From an uncultured Candidatus Peribacteria bacterium (GTDB taxonomy: Bacteria > Patescibacteriota > Gracilibacteria > UBA1369 > LOWO2-01-FULL-3): a stretch of 64,000 nt of DNA. The translations under genes were made by a program, and so were the position numbers. Location: assembly GCA_964525485.1 (NCBI GenBank), contig CAZGHH010000001.1, positions 12,455 through 76,454 on the forward strand, given 5' to 3'. The notes beneath the pieces are model-generated. The model was not told the origin of the DNA. It made no database searches and worked only from the letters and a program-made list of their open reading frames with translations. Of this stretch, positions 10,281-19,779 are shown one piece after another; position 1 is the stretch's first letter, and every line of letters begins with the position of its first letter.

Positions 10281-11255
10281 ATGGAATCAAGAATAAACGA
10301 AACACAATTTGAAGATGAACCGTGCGAAGAATTAAAAGGACCTCTAACTTCGATCTCAAACAAAACGGTCATCGATATTCTGAGGAGGAACGGCGCAGCA
10401 CTGAAATTAGTACTTGCACTCGCAGCGGCAAATCCTTTGATAGCTAATTCGGCTGAAGCAAGACCTGGGAGAGGTCAATCTACTGAAATTGTTGATGAAA
10501 ATAATTTATACCAAGTTGACATAGAAAAGCTGAGAGAAAACATTTTAAGAAATGGAGTTCTTGTATTGACGCACAACGGAATGGACGGGGTAAATGTAAA
10601 ACCAGGTGAAGATGAATACTATCGAATATCTGAGGCGCAATCAGGATCTTCTAGTCTGGGCAGAAACACCCAACGTGGATATCTCCAGACGACCAAGAAA
10701 TTAAGTGGAATACAAGGAATAAACAGCAATGGAGAAGTAATAACGATAAATGGAAACGTAACAGTGCATGTAATAGACATGTCATACTTGAAAAGAGAAG
10801 AAATGAGAGAAGTGAGCAGAGGAGACTGCGGCGATACTCATCCGCAATATTGTAAATATAGCCAAGAGGAGGCAATAGACTACTTGGAAGGACAATTTGG
10901 TAATAAAAAATTTGGATTAATATTGGTTGCTGGTCATGTATTCAACATAGAAGAGTTGATTGAAGTTTCAAAACATTTTAGAGCCCCTGAGTCATTAACA
11001 TTACTTGGAGGATGTAGAACGGCGCAGTTTATCCCGGGAAATTTCAGAAACAATGCCTTAATGGCAGGATCGAGTGTAGGTATAGCGACAGAAAGATATA
11101 CACATTTAATGAGAAGCACTATAGCTGCAATACTAGGCAGACAATTTGGTAGATGGGAAGATTATCCAAGAATAATGGCGAGATACTCTGGGAATATTGG
11201 GACAGAAATTTTGCCAGGATCAGCGTCCTATAGAAGCTACATACCAAGAAGATAA
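10281..11255 (+). CDS. Secreted hypothetical protein
   Basis: The ORF track starts at 10224, overlapping the upstream gene. I prefer ATG 10281 (MESRINETQ...). It has a hydrophobic export segment ALKLVLALAAANPLIANSAEA followed by RPG. No family recognised. His/Cys pair discussed in findings. Confidence 0.55.
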   Translation: MESRINETQFEDEPCEELKGPLTSISNKTVIDILRRNGAALKLVLALAAANPLIANSAEARPGRGQSTEIVDENNLYQVDIEKLRENILRNGVLVLTHNGMDGVNVKPGEDEYYRISEAQSGSSSLGRNTQRGYLQTTKKLSGIQGINSNGEVITINGNVTVHVIDMSYLKREEMREVSRGDCGDTHPQYCKYSQEEAIDYLEGQFGNKKFGLILVAGHVFNIEELIEVSKHFRAPESLTLLGGCRTAQFIPGNFRNNALMAGSSVGIATERYTHLMRSTIAAILGRQFGRWEDYPRIMARYSGNIGTEILPGSASYRSYIPRR

Positions 11256-11298
11256 ATATTTCCGATTTGATAGTTGAAATTATCTTATGTAGAATGAG

Positions 11299-12549
11299 TT
11301 GCGTATGGAAAAAATCATTCTTGGCCTAAAAAAAGTAAAAACAATATCTCGTTTGCAGGTTAAAAAAGAAGACCGTGATTTAGTGTTAAAAACCTTCGCT
11401 AAAAATCTTGTAAAAGACTCTGCGAAAATCCTAAAAGCAAACAAGCTCGACCTTAAAAAGATGTCGAAGGAAAGTCCTTTATATGATCGTCTTCTTCTCG
11501 ACAACGCTAGAATTAAAAGTATAGCAGATAGCATCATCGATGTAACGAAGCTCGCCGACCCAACAGGCAAACTCCTTGAAAAACGCACTCTCAAAAACGG
11601 ACTCGCTCTTACAAAAATCTCAGTCCCACTCGGAGTGATTGGAGTTATATACGAAGCTCGTCCAAATGTCACAGCGGACGTATTTGCATTATGCTTCAAA
11701 GCAGGAAACGCATGTGTATTGAAAGGTGGCTCAGACGCAGAAAATTCCAACAAAGCGATCGTCGAAGTTATCAAGAAATCACTAAAAGAATGCAAAGTCT
11801 CAGAAAACTATCTTTATCTCATGCCTGCTGATCGTAAATACGTCGAAGTTCTCCTGAAAGCCGAGAAATATATTGATCTGATTATTCCACGCGGCAGTCA
11901 GGGGCTCATAAGATTCGTAAAAGAAAATTCACTCGTTCCGATAATAGAAACAGGAGCCGGCATAGTGCACACATATATAGATGATGATTTTAATGTCAGT
12001 TGGGCGAAGGAAATTGTTTTTAACGCAAAAACACAGCGCCCAGGAGTCTGTAACGCTCTCGACTCTCTTGTAATTCATCAGAAATCTCTGAAAAAACTTT
12101 CGGAAATTGTCTCGAAATTAAAAACTAAAGAAGTAATAATCTACGCAGACAAACCAGCTTACGATGCATTAAAAGGCAAATACCCTGCAGAACTTCTCAA
12201 GAAAGCGACTCAAGAGCATTTCGGTAAAGAGTTCTTATCTCTGCAAATGGCAATTAAAACCGTGAAGAATTTCGATGAAGCTCTGAATCATATAAATACA
12301 TACACATCCCACCATTCCGAGTCGATAATTTCAAATAATCTCAAAAATCAGGAGAAATTTATTGAAAATATCGACGCAGCCGCGGTCTACACAAACGCTT
12401 CTACCAGATTCACAGACGGTGGTGAATACGGTCTTGGCGCAGAAATAGGTATATCTACTCAAAAACTCCACGCCCGCGGTCCATTCGCACTAGAAGCCCT
12501 CACGACATATAAATGGATTGCACGCGGAAAAGGCCAATATAGAAAATAG
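11299..12549 (+). CDS. proA: Gamma-glutamyl phosphate reductase
   Basis: 416 aa. GPR/aldehyde-dehydrogenase blocks: IYEARPNVT, catalytic-Cys region RPGVCNALDSLVIH, HHSESIIS, YTNASTRFTDGGEYGLGAEIGISTQKLHARGP. Confidence 0.92.
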   Translation: MRMEKIILGLKKVKTISRLQVKKEDRDLVLKTFAKNLVKDSAKILKANKLDLKKMSKESPLYDRLLLDNARIKSIADSIIDVTKLADPTGKLLEKRTLKNGLALTKISVPLGVIGVIYEARPNVTADVFALCFKAGNACVLKGGSDAENSNKAIVEVIKKSLKECKVSENYLYLMPADRKYVEVLLKAEKYIDLIIPRGSQGLIRFVKENSLVPIIETGAGIVHTYIDDDFNVSWAKEIVFNAKTQRPGVCNALDSLVIHQKSLKKLSEIVSKLKTKEVIIYADKPAYDALKGKYPAELLKKATQEHFGKEFLSLQMAIKTVKNFDEALNHINTYTSHHSESIISNNLKNQEKFIENIDAAAVYTNASTRFTDGGEYGLGAEIGISTQKLHARGPFALEALTTYKWIARGKGQYRK

Positions 12550-12559
12550 AAAGATTACC

Positions 12560-12644
12560 TGGTGCCCAGAGAGAGACTCGAACTCTCATGAGTTGCCTCA
12601 CTAGCTCCTAAGGCTAGCGTGTCTACCAATTCCACCATCTGGGC
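12560..12644 (-). tRNA. tRNA-Leu (anticodon TAG), CCA encoded
   Basis: Minus-strand read GCCCAGATGGTGGAATTGGTAGACACGCTAGCCTTAGGAGCTAG...GTTCGAGTCTCTCTCTGGGCACCA. 7-bp acceptor stem, anticodon loop CTTAGGA, long variable arm, T-loop TTCGAGT. Confidence 0.9.
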
Positions 12645-12738
12645 ATATTTACGAACCTGAAATCGAAAAATCGAACGCAAAAAATTTACCAGCCGCCACC
12701 CATCAAGTCAAATATAAATCAAAATACAAAAAATCTAT

Positions 12739-12767
12739 TTGACAAGTTTTACGCGCAGGAATAGAAT
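12739..12767 (+). promoter_or_regulatory. Candidate sigma70-type promoter (TTGACA-17 nt-TAGAAT) with a leader of about 105 nt
   Basis: -35 TTGACA at 12739..12744, 17-nt spacer, -10 TAGAAT at 12762..12767. Upstream of the gene starting at 12877. The leader contains a small hairpin, TAAGCT-ACACA-AGCTTA. Confidence 0.45.
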
Positions 12768-12876
12768 ACGTTCCATTTTCTGAAAGATACATAAAAATAA
12801 TTTTGCATTTAAAGCAATTTTATTATAAGCTACACAAGCTTAGGGAAAATAAAACAGCCAATAAACTTAATTAACC

Positions 12877-13938
12877 ATGAATACAAGCGCAAAAATCAAC
12901 CTCAATGAGATCCTAGAAGAAATTTTTATGGTCCTCACGGTAAAGGAAAAAGACGTTGTTATTAAGCGTTTCAGTCTCAATTCTAAACCACGCCAGACCC
13001 TAGAAAAGATTGGCCAGCATTTTTCCGTAACTAGAGAAAGAATCAGACAAATTGAGAAAATCGCGCTTGGCAAGCTTCGCAGAACTGTTAAGAATACAAA
13101 ACTCAACATCATTAATGAAATTTCAAATGAGGTTATTGCTGAAAACGGTGGAGTAATGGTGGAAAGCAAATTGGTTGCAGCAATCCTCTCCAAAATTCTT
13201 TCTTCTCAGGACGCTGACAAATATATTGTTAGATTGGCTCTCAATATCAATCCTGAAATTGAGAAAATTGAGAAGAGCAACGTTCTTTATCCATTTTGGA
13301 AAGTTAAGGATGTTTCTGAGGATGACGTAGAGAAAATTATCAAAGCAGGAGTTAGCGTTTTGAAGAAAGCAAAAGAAGTTATCGATCATCAGAAATTGGC
13401 AGCTCAGGTAAAAGCTGAATTAAAAGGAAAAATTGCTGAATATCCAGATGTAATGGTCATTTCTTCATTGGAAGTTGATAGAAGAATCAAGAAGGTGTCT
13501 GAAGGTTTCGGTCTTATGGAGTGGAGACACATCAATCCACGTTCAATCCGTGATAAAGCTTATATCGTTCTTAAAAAAGCCACAAAACCTTTGCATTTCG
13601 TAGAGATTGCAAATCAAATTTCAGAATCAGGCTTCGACAAAAAAGTTGTTACGACTCAAGCAGTTCACAACGAGCTTATTCGTTATGATCAATTCGTATT
13701 GGTCGGTCGCGGACTTTATGCTCTCAAAGAATGGGGGTATGATGAAGGCACGGTTGCTGATGTAATAGAGCAACTTCTTCGTAAAAAAAGCCCAATGTCT
13801 AAACAGGAGATCATCGAAGGTGTGCTAAAGCAAAGACAGGTTAAAAAAGGCACAATATCTTTGAATCTTCAAAAGAACGCACAATTCGTCCGTGTTGGTC
13901 GTGCGGTCTATAAATTAGACAACTCTAAGAAGAAATAA
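12877..13938 (+). CDS. Sigma-70 region-4-type HTH protein with C-terminal HARE-HTH-like domain
   Basis: 353 aa. N-terminal region-4-like HTH (TLEKIGQHFSVTRERIRQIEKIALGKLRR). C-terminal winged-helix block LHFVEIANQI...VHNELIRYDQFVLVGRGLYALKEWGY, typical of HARE-HTH (RNAP delta-subunit-like). Confidence 0.6.
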   Translation: MNTSAKINLNEILEEIFMVLTVKEKDVVIKRFSLNSKPRQTLEKIGQHFSVTRERIRQIEKIALGKLRRTVKNTKLNIINEISNEVIAENGGVMVESKLVAAILSKILSSQDADKYIVRLALNINPEIEKIEKSNVLYPFWKVKDVSEDDVEKIIKAGVSVLKKAKEVIDHQKLAAQVKAELKGKIAEYPDVMVISSLEVDRRIKKVSEGFGLMEWRHINPRSIRDKAYIVLKKATKPLHFVEIANQISESGFDKKVVTTQAVHNELIRYDQFVLVGRGLYALKEWGYDEGTVADVIEQLLRKKSPMSKQEIIEGVLKQRQVKKGTISLNLQKNAQFVRVGRAVYKLDNSKKK

Positions 13939-14004
13939 TTGACAGTAATAGCTGTATAATAAATTAACTTTGTGTTTAAATACTGACAAATAACCATTTT
14001 AATT

Positions 14005-14319
14005 ATGTCAGATTGCATTTTTTGCCGTATCGCTTCAAAAGAAATCCCGGCAACCATTCTCTATGAGGACGATCTTTGTATGATTTTTTCAGATATCAAT
14101 CCAAAAGCCAAAAATCATTGGCTCACAATCCCAAATAAGCATATTCCGACGATTATAGACATTGAGAAAGGAGATGAAGCTCTCATCGGTCATATGGTCG
14201 AAAAATCACGCGATCTCGCAGTGTCAAAAGGCCTCAAAGGCTACAAACTCCAATTCAATGTCGGCGAAGCGGGCGGACAAGAAGTCATGCATGTACACAT
14301 GCATTTATTAGCTAATTAG
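14005..14319 (+). CDS. HIT-family (HinT-like) nucleotide hydrolase
   Basis: 104 aa. CIFCRI N-terminus and histidine-triad HVHMHLL at the C-terminus. Confidence 0.9.
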   Translation: MSDCIFCRIASKEIPATILYEDDLCMIFSDINPKAKNHWLTIPNKHIPTIIDIEKGDEALIGHMVEKSRDLAVSKGLKGYKLQFNVGEAGGQEVMHVHMHLLAN

Positions 14320-14349
14320 CTCATGCAAAAGGACTCGTCAAAGATAAAA

Positions 14350-15360
14350 TCAAACTGAAGTATTTACTTCTAAATGAAAACTTAATGGCTTAGCCGCCAT
14401 CGTCATTTCGCTCATCGAAATAACATCAACGCCGGTTTCAGCATATTTTTTCAAATTTTCTCCATTTATCCCACCTGAAGCCTCAAAAATAAGTTTATCA
14501 TACAAGCCTTTTTCTTTCACGAGCTTCAAAGTTTCAACAATCTCAGAAACAGAAAAATTATCCAACATGATGCAGGCCGGAGCAGTAATGCCGTCAGGCG
14601 ATAATAATGTATTCAAATCTTCCGCAGCCTTCAGTGCATCTTCTTTTGTCTCGACTTCAATTTCCACAAATCTCGCACCGGAAACCTTGCCAACTAAACT
14701 TTTGAGAGCTTTTGAAACAGATCCGCCTAAGATTTTTAAATGATTATCTTTAATCAAAACAGCGTCACTCAAATTCAACCTATGGGTTCCACCACCACCG
14801 ACAACGACTGCTTTCTTATCCAGTAGGCCCCACAAAGTTTTTCGCGTAGGAGTCAATAAAACTTCATCTCCGGCAAGGGCTACCAAGGAAACAGTTTTAG
14901 TTGCAACACCGCTCATTCTCATTAATAAATTCAAAGAAGCTCGCTCAACCGCCAAAACATTTCGCGCCTTTCCAATGATTTCACATATTTTGTCGCCAGC
15001 CTTTATTCGGTCGCCGTCTTTCATAAAAAAAGTAACCTGTAATTCTCCGATCCTCGGCTTGAACCTAGGATCACTATCTACCAAGAAATACTTCAATTCC
15101 TCAAGTCCGGCAAGAACTCCTGATTCTTGAGCGTAAATGGCTCCAGCAACAGTCACGTCATCAGGCACTACAGAGTCAGAGGTTATATCTCCATTAGGGG
15201 ACAAATCCTTATCCATTTCCAAAAAAGTATATCGAAAAACCCACTGTTTATAGTCAGGTTTAGTTACAGACAAAAAATCCTTTGCGTTGTGAGTCAAATT
15301 TTTCAGTGCTTTTCTGTCCATAAAAATTTTTAAATCATCCCTTTTACAAATCTTATCCAA
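14350..15360 (-). CDS. nadC: Nicotinate-nucleotide pyrophosphorylase (quinolinate phosphoribosyltransferase)
   Basis: QPRTase signature TRKTLWGLLDKKAVVVGGGGTHRLNLSDAVLIKDNH. The alternative ATG at 15321 would remove the 31-nt overlap with the upstream gene. Confidence 0.88.
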   Translation of the reverse strand: MDKICKRDDLKIFMDRKALKNLTHNAKDFLSVTKPDYKQWVFRYTFLEMDKDLSPNGDITSDSVVPDDVTVAGAIYAQESGVLAGLEELKYFLVDSDPRFKPRIGELQVTFFMKDGDRIKAGDKICEIIGKARNVLAVERASLNLLMRMSGVATKTVSLVALAGDEVLLTPTRKTLWGLLDKKAVVVGGGGTHRLNLSDAVLIKDNHLKILGGSVSKALKSLVGKVSGARFVEIEVETKEDALKAAEDLNTLLSPDGITAPACIMLDNFSVSEIVETLKLVKEKGLYDKLIFEASGGINGENLKKYAETGVDVISMSEMTMAAKPLSFHLEVNTSV

Positions 15361-15854
15361 AGATTCTTTAGAGCGTCGATACCCATTTTTGCTAAATCCA
15401 ATAAAAGTCCTTTTAATTCTCTTATCTTTTTTACAACATTATTCAGCTCAAATGCATTTACTGATCCTGTGCTTCTTAATATTTTTTTAGCTCTCTTATG
15501 AAGATATTTAATTTCTTTTTCAATTTCACGTCTGACTTCTGTAGCCATCACCCCTTTTGGAGGAGCTTTTTGTAAAAGTTGAGCTTTTATCTGCGCAGGT
15601 GTCATTCTTGTTTTTGCTTTACCACCGGCAGAATCTCCTTTTTGTTCAGATTGTTCTTTCATTACTTCAGAAACTTCACTTGCCACTTCAGCAGATTCGG
15701 CAGTTTCAACAAACTCAGCCGCTTTAACGCCTGCCTCAAAGTGTTGTCTCGGTATGTTGTTAGCCTCAGGCCTTCTCAAATTATTTGGAGCCTCCTGTTT
15801 TTTAGGAGCCTCAGGGGAGAAAGACTCTGCGGTATTTTTAATCTGATCTGCCAC
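15330..15854 (-). CDS. Hypothetical protein (acidic/disordered N-terminal half, helical basic C-terminal half)
   Basis: 174-aa ORF filling the gap between nadC and the divergent valS. No recognisable motif. Confidence 0.45.
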   Translation of the reverse strand: MADQIKNTAESFSPEAPKKQEAPNNLRRPEANNIPRQHFEAGVKAAEFVETAESAEVASEVSEVMKEQSEQKGDSAGGKAKTRMTPAQIKAQLLQKAPPKGVMATEVRREIEKEIKYLHKRAKKILRSTGSVNAFELNNVVKKIRELKGLLLDLAKMGIDALKNLWIRFVKGMI

Positions 15855-15976
15855 GGTATAATTATAGAGGAAAATAGCCTTGAAGTCAATTTGGAGGAAA
15901 GGTCGATCTGATACGGTTTAATATTAAATCAATCGGATTGTCATCAGAAGTAAAGTTTGATAAAATCCACCTCGCT

Positions 15977-18622
15977 ATGACACAAGACGAAAACTTTCAA
16001 AAAGCATACGATGCCAAGCAACACGAAGACGACATTTATAAGAAATGGGAGTCTTCAGGTGCCTTTACTCCTGAAATTTCAAAAGAGAAAAAACCTTTTG
16101 TTATTTCGATGCCACCACCAAACGCGACAGGACAGCTACATCTCGGCCACGCGATAATGCTCGCACTTCAAGATATAATGATTCGTTATCATCGCATGAA
16201 AGGGGACTCCGCTTTGTGGTTGCCGGGGACAGATCACGCGGCCATAGCGACTCAAAACAAGGTCGAAAAACTTCTCTCTGAAAAAGGAATTTCTCGTCAC
16301 GACTTGGGGCGTGAAAAATTTCTTTCAGAAGTGAAAGCATTCGTAAAAGACTCTCGCGCAACGATAAGAAATCAAGTCAGAAAAATGGGATCTTCATGTG
16401 ATTGGACGCGCGAAAAATACACAATGGATCCGGAACTTTCGGTAGCCGTGAATACGATTTTTGAAATGATGCACAAGGATGAATTGATATATCGCGGTGA
16501 TAGGATAGTGAATTGGTGCCCAAGGTGTCATTCGACCTTAGCTGACGACGAAGTTGATCATAAAGATCAAACAGCTTCTTTTTACACATTTAAATATTCA
16601 AAAGATTTCCCGATTTCAATCTCAACAACGCGTCCGGAAACAAAACTTGGTGACACAGCAATTGCAGTAAATCCAAAAGACAAAAGATATAAAAAATTCA
16701 TTGGACAAACTATTGTTGTGGATAATTTTGTAGATGGTCGCTTGCTTGAAATTCAAATAATAGGTGATAATGAAGTAGATATGAAGTTTGGAACAGGTGC
16801 GGTTGGTGTAACTCCTGCTCATAGCATAGTTGATTATGAAATGTATTTGAGACATAAACTTCAGTTAAAAAAAATTATAGATGAAGATGGAATGATAGAA
16901 ATAAAAGGGCAGGGAAAAATTTCGGCTTTGAAGGTACGAAAATTAGTAGTTGAATATTTAAATAAAAATGGATTATTGGAAAAAGAAGAAGAAATTCCAA
17001 ACAGTCTCTCAATTTGTTATCGTTGCGGAACTCCGATCGAACCACTTACATCCAAACAGTGGTTCATAGATGTAAACAAAAAAATCAAACGCTTAAATAA
17101 TAAATCGTTAAAGGAGAAATCGCTCGAGGTGGTAAAAGACGGCTCGATCAAAATCTTACCTGAGAATTTCACGAAAATTTATTATCACTGGATGGAAAAC
17201 CTTCGCGATTGGTGTATATCGAGGCAAATTTGGTGGGGACACAGAATCCCTGTCTGGTACTGTACGGAATGCGGTGAAATAGAAGTTAGAGGAACTCATC
17301 CGGAAAAATGTAAAAAATGTAAAAGTACAAAATTCAAACAAGATGAAGACACTCTCGATACCTGGTTCTCGTCAGGACTTTGGACTTTTTCTACTTTAGG
17401 TTGGCCGGAAAAAACAAAAGATTTTGAGTATTTCCATCCGACAAGTGTAATGGAAACAGGATACGATATTTTGTTTTTCTGGGTTGCGCGCATGATACTC
17501 ATGACGACTTATGCGACAGGACAAATTCCATTTGAAAAAGTATATTTGCACGGTCTAGTTCGCGACAAAAATGGCGAAAAAATGAGTAAATCCAAGCCTG
17601 AAACTTGCATCGATCCTCTGGAAATGATCGATAAATACGGTACTGATGCTTTACGCTTAAGTATGGTGATTGGAGGTAGTGCCGGCAACGATATTCGACT
17701 ATACGAAGAAAAGGTAGCAGGATACAGAAACTTTATAAACAAAATTTGGAATTCATCTCGTTTCGTATTGATGAATTTGAACGAGACTTCAGAAAAAGAA
17801 TTTACGATCGCCGACAAATGGATAATTTCCAAACTGAATAAACTCATTAAAGAAGCTACCACTCAAGTTGAAAAATTTAATTTCTCAGAGGCAGGAACTT
17901 TGATTTACGATTTTTTCTGGTCGGATTTTTGTGATTGGTATCTTGAAATTTCAAAAGGCGAATTGAAAAATCCGAAAGCTCTTATGTTGGTTTTAGAAAA
18001 TATTTTGAAACTTCTCCATCCGTTCACGCCATTTATCACAGAAGTAATTTGGGAAAATTTAAATAAAAAAACACTTTTGATAAATGAAGTTTGGCCAAAA
18101 GCGGAAAAGAAAAACGAATTTTCAAAAGAAGAAGCGGAAATGCAACGCGTAATCGATGCAATTTCAGAAATAAGAAAAGCTCGCGCCGAATACAAGGTCG
18201 ATCCGGGTAAAAAAATCACAGCAATTATCTATACTAAATTTCACAAAGAATTCACAGAGCTTTCAGATCCGTTAATCCGACTTGCTAGGCTGGAAAAACT
18301 AGAGATAAAGCCGCTCAAAGAAAAGGCAGGAACCACAAATGCAAAACCTCAAAATTCAAAATCATTATTCCTTCCATACACGGAAATTTATCTTCCATTA
18401 GCCGGAATGCTCGATCTCGAGAAAGAGAAAATTCGCATCAAAAAAGAAATAGAAAAATTAGAAAAAGACGTTTTGGTTTTGAGTACAAAACTTTCAAATC
18501 CGGGATTTGTAAAAAACGCTCCAAAAGCTGTAGTGGAAAAAGAAACGATCATCCTCCAAGAAGCCGAACAAAAATTGGAAAAATTAAAAAAAGAAGAAAA
18601 AGCTCTGGACGTAAATCCTTAA
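15977..18622 (+). CDS. valS: Valyl-tRNA synthetase
   Basis: Class I HIGH (PNATGQLHLGHA) and KMSKS motifs, CP1 editing insertion, C-terminal coiled coil. The track ORF begins at TTG 15938. ATG 15977 gives a typical ValRS N-terminus. Confidence 0.95.
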   Translation: MTQDENFQKAYDAKQHEDDIYKKWESSGAFTPEISKEKKPFVISMPPPNATGQLHLGHAIMLALQDIMIRYHRMKGDSALWLPGTDHAAIATQNKVEKLLSEKGISRHDLGREKFLSEVKAFVKDSRATIRNQVRKMGSSCDWTREKYTMDPELSVAVNTIFEMMHKDELIYRGDRIVNWCPRCHSTLADDEVDHKDQTASFYTFKYSKDFPISISTTRPETKLGDTAIAVNPKDKRYKKFIGQTIVVDNFVDGRLLEIQIIGDNEVDMKFGTGAVGVTPAHSIVDYEMYLRHKLQLKKIIDEDGMIEIKGQGKISALKVRKLVVEYLNKNGLLEKEEEIPNSLSICYRCGTPIEPLTSKQWFIDVNKKIKRLNNKSLKEKSLEVVKDGSIKILPENFTKIYYHWMENLRDWCISRQIWWGHRIPVWYCTECGEIEVRGTHPEKCKKCKSTKFKQDEDTLDTWFSSGLWTFSTLGWPEKTKDFEYFHPTSVMETGYDILFFWVARMILMTTYATGQIPFEKVYLHGLVRDKNGEKMSKSKPETCIDPLEMIDKYGTDALRLSMVIGGSAGNDIRLYEEKVAGYRNFINKIWNSSRFVLMNLNETSEKEFTIADKWIISKLNKLIKEATTQVEKFNFSEAGTLIYDFFWSDFCDWYLEISKGELKNPKALMLVLENILKLLHPFTPFITEVIWENLNKKTLLINEVWPKAEKKNEFSKEEAEMQRVIDAISEIRKARAEYKVDPGKKITAIIYTKFHKEFTELSDPLIRLARLEKLEIKPLKEKAGTTNAKPQNSKSLFLPYTEIYLPLAGMLDLEKEKIRIKKEIEKLEKDVLVLSTKLSNPGFVKNAPKAVVEKETIILQEAEQKLEKLKKEEKALDVNP

Positions 18623-18758
18623 AAAAATCAAACAACCTAAATAATAACAAGAAATTCAAAGCAAAAATACCTAGAGAGTAAAAAACTTTCAGTCCAAGAT
18701 AATTCAAAAATCTCTCTATACTCTTTCAAAAAAGCAATTTTTCAGGTATAATACAAAA

Positions 18759-19685
18759 ATGGATCAAGCATTTGAAATACAGCTCAGAAGAAATATAGAA
18801 GCATTAATTGCGGAAGGTAAATTCGGTGAGGCTTTTGAAGAATGTACTAAAATTTTGAATAAAATTCCAAACAATCAAACATTTCTTTCCCTCAAAAGAA
18901 GCATAGAAGTCAAAATGTTCGAACTTAATAAAGAAAAGGTAAAAAAAGGAATAAAAGATGCAAAAAAAATATTCAAGAATAAAGACACGGTAGGTGCATT
19001 AAAAAAGATTAGGGAACTCTTAACCTTAGCTCCAAACGATTCGACATTGATAAGATTACACGGCAAATTCCAAGAAAAATATAAAAAAGAAACAGAAAAA
19101 GCAGAGCAGGATTTTATGAGACAAAAAGAAAAAGAATTCCAAACACTCCTCGAAGCAAACTCATACTCGATACTATTGCAGGAAATAGATTTATTGGAAA
19201 GCAATTACATAGGAAATAAAAATGTAATGTCTCTTGCGTCACGCACAAAAGAAGCAATTATAAAAAAAGAAATAGAAGAAAAAAAAGAACTCTTGATGTC
19301 GACGAAATTCGAAGAAATTTACGACTTTTTAAATGATTTGAAAAATATCAAAAAAGATTCAAAGGTTTTGATTGATATTGAAATCTCTATAAAAAAACGC
19401 GAGTCTGGAGCTGCTATGAGGACGATAGGAGATTTTGTATACTCAGGCACAAACGATCTTGAAACTTTGATGAAATTAAAGAAATACAATGAAGCGGTAT
19501 TAGTTTCCGAAGAATTATTACAAATAAATCCTCAAGACGAAAAAGTAAGAAAAATCTATGACAAGGCTAAGGCAAAGGCCTACGCAGTTAACAAAAATGA
19601 TGCAATAGAAATTATTGAGAAATCCATCTCCAAATTAAAAGGAGAATACGCAGATAATAAATCAAACTTCATAAGAATCTATTAA
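18759..19685 (+). CDS. Hypothetical Lys/Glu-rich helical protein with TPR-like segments
   Basis: 308 aa. TPR-like stretches (GKFGEAFEECTKILNKIPNN; KKYNEAVLVSEELLQINPQDEK). Otherwise coiled-coil-like low complexity. Confidence 0.4.
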   Translation: MDQAFEIQLRRNIEALIAEGKFGEAFEECTKILNKIPNNQTFLSLKRSIEVKMFELNKEKVKKGIKDAKKIFKNKDTVGALKKIRELLTLAPNDSTLIRLHGKFQEKYKKETEKAEQDFMRQKEKEFQTLLEANSYSILLQEIDLLESNYIGNKNVMSLASRTKEAIIKKEIEEKKELLMSTKFEEIYDFLNDLKNIKKDSKVLIDIEISIKKRESGAAMRTIGDFVYSGTNDLETLMKLKKYNEAVLVSEELLQINPQDEKVRKIYDKAKAKAYAVNKNDAIEIIEKSISKLKGEYADNKSNFIRIY

Positions 19686-19779
19686 GCAATACAAAGGATC
19701 GCGAATCAGCAATCTAAAAAATAATTTTGCCAACCTACTCGCAAATTTATAAAATCGCTCCGAATCTCGGTCAGAAATA

